Shown here: positions 57,027-64,000 of the stretch, piece after piece
Numbering within the stretch: position 1 is the first letter of the stretch
Layout: each line of letters starts with the position of its first letter
Source of the DNA: an uncultured virus (IMG/VR IMGVR_UViG_3300005672_000033)
Taxonomy: Duplodnaviria; Heunggongvirae; Uroviricota; Caudoviricetes
Strand: one strand, 5' to 3'
Virus record (IMG/VR): IMGVR_UViG_3300005672_000033
DNA length: 64,000 nucleotides
Notes under the pieces: generated by a model
What the model saw: the letters and a program-made list of their open reading frames with translations, nothing else
Told to the model about the DNA's origin: nothing
Databases searched by the model: none
Translations under genes and position numbers: made by a program

Positions 57027-57410
57027 GTGGCCGCCCCGCCCCCCAGCATGCCCCCCGTCGGTCGGGTCCAGCCTGCCAAAACGGCAACGCACCCGTCGAA
57101 GAGCGAACTCGCCATGCGCGTCGCGATCGCGCTCTGCCGAGGCGCAACGCTCGTGACCCCTCGATTTACGGTCGGGCGATACAAGGGACTCGGCGCGCCT
57201 CCCGACGCCGACAGCTACGCCTGCATCGACGCGGCGGGGACGGTGGTCGCTTCCCCCGAAGTCGAGGAACGCGTGCTCACGCTCTACGCGCGTACGCGCA
57301 TCGAGCGGCACGACTGGTCCGCTGCCGGCGCGGCCAAGGCGTTCGTGGAGAACGTTCCGACTCCGCTCGTCCTTGGCGCGCTCTCGCGCGCTCGGCTGGG
57401 GGAGGACTGA
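57027..57410 (+). CDS. hypothetical protein
   Basis: ORF in the rightward operon. Confidence 0.5.
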   Translation: MAAPPPSMPPVGRVQPAKTATHPSKSELAMRVAIALCRGATLVTPRFTVGRYKGLGAPPDADSYACIDAAGTVVASPEVEERVLTLYARTRIERHDWSAAGAAKAFVENVPTPLVLGALSRARLGED

Positions 57411-57413
57411 ACG

Positions 57414-57653
57414 ATGGGGGACGTCATCCAACTTCGCCCGCCGCCGCCACGCCCGCAGGGGCTCGGCGGGCGAGATGTCGGCGCGATCGGATCCATCAGC
57501 CTGGACCGCGGTCGCACCGACGCGTTCCCCATCGTCGTGAGGGTAGAGGGCCACCTGGGTAACCAGACCTTCGTGCTGACGGTGTCGGCCGCCGAGGTGC
57601 TCCACACAACGCTCGGCCAGCTCATCGAGGACGTGAAACGGAGGGGCGGCTAG
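57414..57653 (+). CDS. hypothetical protein
   Basis: RBS GGAGG; MGDVIQLRP. Confidence 0.55.
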   Translation: MGDVIQLRPPPPRPQGLGGRDVGAIGSISLDRGRTDAFPIVVRVEGHLGNQTFVLTVSAAEVLHTTLGQLIEDVKRRGG

Positions 57654-57854
57654 ATGACGCAGATCGCTCTCGCCTACCTCGCCATCGGCGCGGTCGCTGG
57701 CGTGTTCGCCGGCGTCATGACGTTTCGCGCGTCGCGGCGGCGGTGGCTCGACGGGCTCTTCGCCGTACTGGCCGCGATCGGCGTCACCTTCGTGTGGCTG
57801 TTCGCGCTCATCGCGCTCGTCTTCAGGAGCGACGAGCTCCCGGAGGAGTGGTGA
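57654..57854 (+). CDS. small two-TM membrane protein
   Basis: Two hydrophobic helices. Confidence 0.55.
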   Translation: MTQIALAYLAIGAVAGVFAGVMTFRASRRRWLDGLFAVLAAIGVTFVWLFALIALVFRSDELPEEW

Positions 57855-58207
57855 TGGCGAACGCACTTCGGTCTTCACCGCCGCCCTCGCCCGCTCCGTC
57901 GGAGCCGCGCGCGAAGTACTTGCCGCCGCTGCCCGGGATGAAGCTTCGGAGCCCGAAGCGAGAGGCAGGACGACGCCTCGCCGCGGAGCGCTTCGACGAG
58001 ACGATGCGGCGGCGCGGCACATCGAACCTCGAGCTGTCCGAACAGACGACGCTCAACGAGCGCCTCATCCGCGATTGGCGCAGCGGCAAAGAGGGCTGGC
58101 AGGGAGGGGACCTCTACGTGATCGACGTGCGGCTCGCGCTCGCGCTGCTCGACATGATCCGGTTCGACCTCCTGAGCCGCCTGAACCCGAACGATCCGCA
58201 TCGGTGA
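57854..58207 (+). CDS. HTH protein (CII-like position)
   Basis: SNLELSEQTTLNERLIRDWRSG. Confidence 0.55.
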   Translation: MANALRSSPPPSPAPSEPRAKYLPPLPGMKLRSPKREAGRRLAAERFDETMRRRGTSNLELSEQTTLNERLIRDWRSGKEGWQGGDLYVIDVRLALALLDMIRFDLLSRLNPNDPHR

Positions 58208-58715
58208 GCAAGATGAGACCGACGGACCTCGGCCAAAAGACGCCTACGCCTGCGCAGCACTTCGTTCAGGGCGAGCAGTGGTCCGAGAAAGATGACGATT
58301 CCGCCACTGTCCCGGAAAGCATCGGGTCAGCCGTGTACAGCCGTGGCGCCCGTGCAGCTGTTCGGCTGCAGGACCACCCGCTCTTCGCCGCTGCGCGACC
58401 ATCGGAGCGCCAACGTCTTCTCGACGCGTCGCCAGGCTGGGAGCGGTCGAGCGGCGTCTGGCCACGCGACGAGGGCGCGATGGTCATCCCGGACACCGCT
58501 CAGCGCGTGCGCGAGCACCAGGCGATCGAGCTGCCGCTGTGGCGTCGCGCGTGGCGGTTCCTGCAATGGGCCTTCGCGCGTCCAATCCTTCCTCGCTCCG
58601 TCGAGAGCGCTCCGTGTGGCTGTGTTGCGGCGGGAGATCCGCCGAAGGGGAAGATGACCCCCGGTGAATCACCACGCGGATCGCCTTGGGCGGAGCGGGG
58701 CGAAGGAGGACGGTG

Positions 58716-59732
58716 ATGCTCCAGCTCGAATCGGTACGGCAGGCTCTCAAGGACGCGGCGAATCACATCCGAGCGCTCCCCGACGAGGAGCTCGTTGCCC
58801 TCGCGCTGCGGAGCTCGGGGAGCCCCACGAAGGCCCTTCGCGACGAGATCGCGGAGTCAGTGCCGCGCCGCGCGCCGACGAGACGCAAGCCGGTGAGGCC
58901 GCTCAAGGCCCGGTCGTCGCGCCGCGACGCGGAGTCGACTGGGAGGGGAGCGGTGGTCCAGGCCGTGCACGATGCTCTCACGAGCACGCCGGTCACCACC
59001 GTCGAGCTGGCCGCCTCTACGGGACTCTCGACCAAGAGCGTCGGCGACGCCGTGCGTCGGTTGGTTGCAGCGGGAAGGGCGACCCTCTGCTCTGGCGGCG
59101 GAAAGGGCAACCCCGGCACCTATGCGGTCGCCGGTAGGGCCACGGGGCGGCAGCGCGGCGCGCGCAAGGCGAAGCCGGTCTCGCGCGCCACGACCGACGA
59201 AGAGGAAGGCGCCGACATGTTTGCCGTTGCCTCCACGCTCCCACCGCCACCTCCGGTGCCGGCCGACCTCGTCCCGCCGCTCCCGGACCTGGGTGAGCTC
59301 GACATGGACGCGTTCCGGGACCGCGTGGTCGAGCTCGTGGCGGAGCGCGGGCCGATTCGTTGGGGGGACATCGTCGGACCGTACATGACGAGACGGAACT
59401 ACCACCAGGTCTCTCACGGTCACTTGATCGCGCTCATCCGGGCGAAACGCCTCTACGCGTTGGAGGGCGTCGGGCTCGACACGGTGGTAAGCGCGACGCC
59501 CCCGGTGCCGACGGCGGCCGAGCGCTCGCTGCCGATCTTCGAGCCCCACGCCGGCGATCGACACGAAGACTGCAGCCACTACAAGGGTTGCCTCGACCGC
59601 TTCTTCAAGCGGTTCCCGAGTGCCCAGAACGCTCGGTGCCCCGCCGACTGCGCGTCACACGCCCCCGTCTCGAGGGACGCCCGCATCCACGCCGCAATGG
59701 CTGGCCGCAGCCAAAACGCAGGAGTCGCCTGA
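58716..59732 (+). CDS. winged-HTH protein with Cys/His C-terminus
   Basis: TTVELAASTGLSTKSVGDAVRRLVAAG; C..Y..C...C...C. Confidence 0.55.
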   Translation: MLQLESVRQALKDAANHIRALPDEELVALALRSSGSPTKALRDEIAESVPRRAPTRRKPVRPLKARSSRRDAESTGRGAVVQAVHDALTSTPVTTVELAASTGLSTKSVGDAVRRLVAAGRATLCSGGGKGNPGTYAVAGRATGRQRGARKAKPVSRATTDEEEGADMFAVASTLPPPPPVPADLVPPLPDLGELDMDAFRDRVVELVAERGPIRWGDIVGPYMTRRNYHQVSHGHLIALIRAKRLYALEGVGLDTVVSATPPVPTAAERSLPIFEPHAGDRHEDCSHYKGCLDRFFKRFPSAQNARCPADCASHAPVSRDARIHAAMAGRSQNAGVA

Positions 59733-59980
59733 TGAAGCCGAAGCTCAGTCGCAACTACTTCCGGCTCGGGAAGGAAGTCTTCTTCTTCTCCGACGACGAC
59801 CGCGAGTCGATCGAGGCGGCCTACCGCTACGCGTGCGCCGTCGCCGATCGCCTCAAGTACGGCCACGACGCGATCGCGGTGTGGCGCATGCCAGAGGAGC
59901 GGGGCGCGTGGACGCCGACGAAGACGAACCGGGGGGTGAGCGAGATCGGCTCCAACCGCCCGTCGATCAATCTGAACTGA
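59732..59980 (+). CDS. hypothetical protein
   Basis: Coupled ORF MKPKLSRNYF. Confidence 0.5.
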   Translation: MKPKLSRNYFRLGKEVFFFSDDDRESIEAAYRYACAVADRLKYGHDAIAVWRMPEERGAWTPTKTNRGVSEIGSNRPSINLN

Positions 59981-60009
59981 CCTGACGCGGGGGCTTTCCG
60001 GAGGACGAC

Positions 60010-61704
60010 ATGGCTGAGGCAAAGGCTGATGAGAAGGTTGCGCTACGAGCGGTTCTGCTCGACGGCGCGGAGCAGTGGATCACCCTCAACGCGCTCATCG
60101 AGAAGCTCGAGCTGAAGGGCAAGGCTGAGGGCAAGGCGCGCAATCTCGTCGCCGAGCTGCTCAGCGACCAGGAGCTCGAGCCGCAGCGAGAGGACGACGA
60201 GGCGAGCCCGATTCGCCGGTCTCGGCACAACATCGTGTCGGCCCGGCTCCGGGCGCTCGGTCTCGCCACGAAGAAGGAGGGCTCCACGCGCGCCGCCCTT
60301 CGTGAGGAAGGTGTCACGAAGCGCGACGTCGACGAGCTCGTCCGCCGCGGCCTTCTGGAGGAGAAGGGCGATGACGGTGAGCAGCTCTCTCTCAGCCTGA
60401 ATGCCGACGACGAGATCTGGCGCGAGGGGGCTCGTGTCTTCGTCGTCCGGTCCCTGCCGATCGCGAACGTCGAGGAGGAGGGGCCGCTCGGCGCGGTGCT
60501 CGTCGCGCTGGCCGAGATCGGGGAGTGGGCTACCTGGGACTCCATCCAGGAGCACCTCACCAAGGATGGCGACTCGGGCGACTATCTGGCGCAGGGTCCG
60601 CTCGAGGAGCTGCTGACCGCGGGCTTCAATCGCGGCCTCATCGACCTCGATGGCGGCGAGCCGAAGCGGTGGCGAGAAGGTGCCGCTGCCGCGACCACCC
60701 GCCGTGCCGCCATCCTCGAGCACCTCCTGCTCGCCCAGGGCTCGACGTTCACCAAGGCCGAGATCGCTGCCGCGGTGGGCGCGCCGCTGCCCGTGATCGA
60801 GCAGGACCTCGCTGCGCTCGACGAGGCCGAGTTCCTGGAGGAGAGCGAGGAAGGCATCGTCGCGCTCAGCCAGGTCGACGAGCAGCCGCATGCTCTTCGG
60901 TTCTCCGCGCGCCACTCGGTGGAGGGGCTCGTGTCATCGTCGACCAAGGAGGTCGCGGTCTGGCGCGAGAAGCACGCGTCCGAAAAGCGGCGCGCGAACG
61001 ACCTGGCTCAATGGCTGCGCCAGCACGGCGTCGAGGAGCGCGACGTGCTCGACACGGTGCGCGGTGTAGTCCGGGCGCCAAAGGCCCGAAGCGACGAGTT
61101 CAGCTTTGCCCAGGCGCGCCCCGTGAACCAAGAGGAGCGCGGCGTCATCCTCGGCGAGATCATCGCGCTCGAGGGCGAGATCGCGCAGGAGGAGCTCGCG
61201 CGCGACGGCGCGATCACTGCCTACAAGGGCCGCATCAAGGCGCTGAACGCGCAGATCCAAGACCTCAAGAACGCGGCTGCCTGCAACTCCCGGGTCGTCG
61301 AGATCCGCGCCTATCGCCGCACCGACTGGGAGGACGGGAAGGTCTACGTCCACGCCGTCGACGACGATCGCGTCCTCTCGGAGGAGCCGCTACCGAAGGG
61401 CGCGCAACGGACGATCCCCGGGACGCAGGAGGCCAAGCCCGACGGGGACAAGCAGCCGGCGACGACCGAGGCGATCGAGAAGTTCGCTGCGGACATCGCC
61501 AAGAACGGCGTGAAGGTCTCCACCAAGGAGAAGGCGAACGGCCAAACCTCGGTGAAGGTCGAGGACGCCCCGGCGCCGGACGCTCAGGCTTCGGCGGCGC
61601 CGGAGGGCGAGCCCGGGCCGCTCGCCTCCGAGGAGACCCGCAAGGAGGCAGCGAAGCGGCCCCGAAAGAAGGGGCCGGCGAAGCAGGCCGAGGCCTCGTC
61701 GTGA
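60010..61704 (+). CDS. large acidic protein with winged-HTH-like and coiled-coil segments
   Basis: RBS GGAGG; ILEHLL...TKAEIAAAVG.....EQDLAAL. Confidence 0.6.
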   Translation: MAEAKADEKVALRAVLLDGAEQWITLNALIEKLELKGKAEGKARNLVAELLSDQELEPQREDDEASPIRRSRHNIVSARLRALGLATKKEGSTRAALREEGVTKRDVDELVRRGLLEEKGDDGEQLSLSLNADDEIWREGARVFVVRSLPIANVEEEGPLGAVLVALAEIGEWATWDSIQEHLTKDGDSGDYLAQGPLEELLTAGFNRGLIDLDGGEPKRWREGAAAATTRRAAILEHLLLAQGSTFTKAEIAAAVGAPLPVIEQDLAALDEAEFLEESEEGIVALSQVDEQPHALRFSARHSVEGLVSSSTKEVAVWREKHASEKRRANDLAQWLRQHGVEERDVLDTVRGVVRAPKARSDEFSFAQARPVNQEERGVILGEIIALEGEIAQEELARDGAITAYKGRIKALNAQIQDLKNAAACNSRVVEIRAYRRTDWEDGKVYVHAVDDDRVLSEEPLPKGAQRTIPGTQEAKPDGDKQPATTEAIEKFAADIAKNGVKVSTKEKANGQTSVKVEDAPAPDAQASAAPEGEPGPLASEETRKEAAKRPRKKGPAKQAEASS

Positions 61705-61969
61705 ACACGAATCGCATCATCCACCTCGCTCTCGCGATCGAGAGCGGCGCGGCGCGGGCGGAAGAGCTGAGCGAGCTCGCCGACACGCTGCTCCGCGTTT
61801 TCGGTCGCGACCCGCAAGCCGGCGAGACGCTGGTGGCGATGCGCGTGTCACCCGAGAACGCGGCGGTGCTGGGCCCCGCGTTCGCGAGCCTTGGGGACGC
61901 CTTCACGGCGATCGCCGCGCCGCTCGTGGTGCCCGGCGAGCCGCCCGACCCTCTCACCGCGGGGCCCTG

Positions 61970-62245
61970 ATGTCACACGAGCCGTACCAAGATGACCGCC
62001 CGCGGCCGACGGGCTTCCGACTGCTCCGCAACGGGGCGGTCATCAAGGAGTTCACCTGCCCGATGTGCCCGGAGCGGACCTGCCTCTGCCCGCACTACGC
62101 GTGGGAGGACGGCAAGCGCGAGGCCATGCGCTCGGGCGGGCGGATCACGCTCGAGACGTTCGAGGGCGTGAAGCTCTCAGAGCGGCAGGGAACGAAGGTG
62201 GGGACCATTCCGAAGTCTTGGCTGCAGGAGGACGAAGGTGAATGA
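61970..62245 (+). CDS. small Cys-rich protein
   Basis: CPMC....CLCPH. Confidence 0.5.
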   Translation: MSHEPYQDDRPRPTGFRLLRNGAVIKEFTCPMCPERTCLCPHYAWEDGKREAMRSGGRITLETFEGVKLSERQGTKVGTIPKSWLQEDEGE

Positions 62246-62621
62246 CCAGCTGGCGAAGGGCTTGAGAGCCCAACAAGAGGCGCGCGAGGCAATCGCAGGC
62301 CTCGCCGATTCAATCGATCGGTTCGAGAAGGTGCGGAAGGACTACGCGCCGCTCGCCGATCTGCTCGAGGAGGCGTGCAAGCGCAGCGGCCTCGACAAGC
62401 GCGCCACCGTCGAGCTCGCGCTGCGCAGCTACGTGGAGGCGACGACGGCCGTTTCTCGTGAAACGGTGCCCGAGGAGACGCTGGAGATAGCGCGGGACCT
62501 GCGGGAGGCCTTCGACGCGTTGTCCGGCGGCGACCAGTTCGATTCCTACAAGGTGACTCTCTCCAATGCAGAGGCGCGTTTGATCGTACTGGCGCTCTCC
62601 GGCCTCCTGGAGGACCGATGA
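62238..62621 (+). CDS. hypothetical protein
   Basis: Coupled ORF. Confidence 0.5.
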   Translation: MNDQLAKGLRAQQEAREAIAGLADSIDRFEKVRKDYAPLADLLEEACKRSGLDKRATVELALRSYVEATTAVSRETVPEETLEIARDLREAFDALSGGDQFDSYKVTLSNAEARLIVLALSGLLEDR

Positions 62622-62980
62622 GCGGCGCGATGTGGGCCATCGTCGAGATCATGGGGCATCGGCAACGCGCAGGGCGCCTCACCGAGGTGCAGCGGTTCGG
62701 CGCGGCCATGATGCAGATCGAAATCCCGCTCGGCGACGCCGACGCCGACGGGTACCGCTCGGAGTACTACTCGGGCGGCAGCATCTTCGCGTTCCGCGAA
62801 TGCACCGAGGAGCAAGCGCGGCGCTTCGCCAAGTTCATCGCGCCGCCCGAGGAGCAGCGGCTGCTGCCAGCGTCGAGCGAGGACGCTGGAGAGGTCGATG
62901 ACGCCGAGGTGTCGCCCGTCGACGGCCTGGACGAGCCCGGCTTCGACGAGCCGACCTTCGAGCCTGGAGGTGAATCGTGA
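62618..62980 (+). CDS. conserved-looking phage hypothetical protein
   Basis: WAIVEIMGHRQRAG...GGSIF...CTEE. Confidence 0.6.
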   Translation: MSGAMWAIVEIMGHRQRAGRLTEVQRFGAAMMQIEIPLGDADADGYRSEYYSGGSIFAFRECTEEQARRFAKFIAPPEEQRLLPASSEDAGEVDDAEVSPVDGLDEPGFDEPTFEPGGES

Positions 62981-63903
62981 GCTCCATCCAGGAACGCATC
63001 GCTGCGATCCCGCTCGAGGCGCTCGACCGCGTGGAGAAGGTCATCACGCATGCAGGCTGCCCTGACGGGATCGCGAGCGCGATGCTGCTCCGACGCGCGC
63101 TGCCCGAGGTCCCGATCGAGTTCGTCTACCACGGCACGCCGGAGCATCGGCAGCGGCCGTGCGCCGCGCTCTTCTGCGACTTCTCACCGCCGGCCGAGAA
63201 CGCTCAGGAATGGGTCGATGCTGGCGCCATCGTTCTCGACCACCACGCCACCGCGAGGTCCGTGGTCGAGCTCTTCCGTGATCGGGGTGTGTACGCCGAC
63301 GAGGTGTCCGATCCCGGCTACTCGGGCGCGATGCTCGCGCTCGCGCTCATGGAGTGGCGCGGCTTCTACTCGCTCCAATCGCGTGAGTTTGCTCGCCTCG
63401 CGGGGATCCGGGACACGTGGCAGAAGGACCATCGCGACTTCGAGCGGGCGTGCTGGCAGGCGTCGGCTCTCACGTTCTTCCCCGTCGGTGACCTCATCCA
63501 GCAGCCCCCATACCTGTCGGGGGACCAGATCGGTGTCGGCCGGCTCATCTACGAGCGCCGCCGCACCAAGGCCGTCAAGCTCGCCTACGAGCTCGAGGGC
63601 TACCGGGACGGGCCCTACGAGTTCCTGCTCTTCAACGACAGCCTCGACAAGCTCACCAGCGACGTGGGTGAGGCGGTCCGCACGGTCCGGCCCGACTACC
63701 ACTTCGTCGCCGGGTTCTTCTACACGGACAGCGGCCAGCTCGTCTTCTCGCTCCGGTCAGTCGCTGATGGCTGCGACGTCGCCCGGATCGCAAAGGCGAA
63801 CGGCGGCGGCGGCCACACCCGCGCGGCGGGGTTCCAGGCTGAGGAGGGCTTTGTCGACGCTCCGATCGAGGCGTTGCGGCGCGCCCTAGGGAGGGTGTCG
63901 TGA
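62977..63903 (+). CDS. DHH/DHHA1 phosphoesterase
   Basis: H..CPDG, CDFS, LDHH, SLRS, GGGGHTRAAGF. Confidence 0.88.
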   Translation: MSSIQERIAAIPLEALDRVEKVITHAGCPDGIASAMLLRRALPEVPIEFVYHGTPEHRQRPCAALFCDFSPPAENAQEWVDAGAIVLDHHATARSVVELFRDRGVYADEVSDPGYSGAMLALALMEWRGFYSLQSREFARLAGIRDTWQKDHRDFERACWQASALTFFPVGDLIQQPPYLSGDQIGVGRLIYERRRTKAVKLAYELEGYRDGPYEFLLFNDSLDKLTSDVGEAVRTVRPDYHFVAGFFYTDSGQLVFSLRSVADGCDVARIAKANGGGGHTRAAGFQAEEGFVDAPIEALRRALGRVS

Positions 63904-64000
63904 GCGCCCCGAAGGAAGCGAACGTGGCGCTCCAGCGTGAGGTCCTTGAAGACCTCGTTTCGTTTGCGGAGTCTCCGGTGGCCAAGAAGCTCTTCAGGGA

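Overview
The window is most of a GC-rich (about 70% by eye) temperate tailed-phage genome, assembled with several short nn gaps. The host is probably a myxobacterium (inference). From left to right it holds: the end of a metallopeptidase-bearing protein; an inverted HTH-terS-terL block; head genes (InPase/XkdF-like protease, scaffold, major capsid); virion, neck and baseplate genes, with no sheath, tube or tape-measure gene visible; and a lysis module. An accessory island follows, with three aberrant tRNA-like genes, a Pth2-type peptidyl-tRNA hydrolase and a DNA methyltransferase. A long leftward early operon carries C5 and N4/N6 methyltransferases, a Mom-like enzyme, a tyrosine integrase, an AAA ATPase, ASCH, HAD, Gp37/68, NDT and SbcD-HNH-SbcC genes. 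The window ends with a lambda-like immunity region (ImmA/IrrE, repressor, Cro) and a rightward operon ending in a DHH phosphoesterase. Highlights: (1) the tRNA-like triplet plus Pth2 cassette behind a possible leader-peptide attenuator; (2) a CGCCGGCTCG motif exactly 42 nt upstream of four structural-gene GTG starts, suggesting leaderless late promoters; (3) an attP core (3' half of tRNA-Arg CCT) inside the integrase gene, indicating the non-integrated form. All product calls come from motif recognition by eye, not from database searches.
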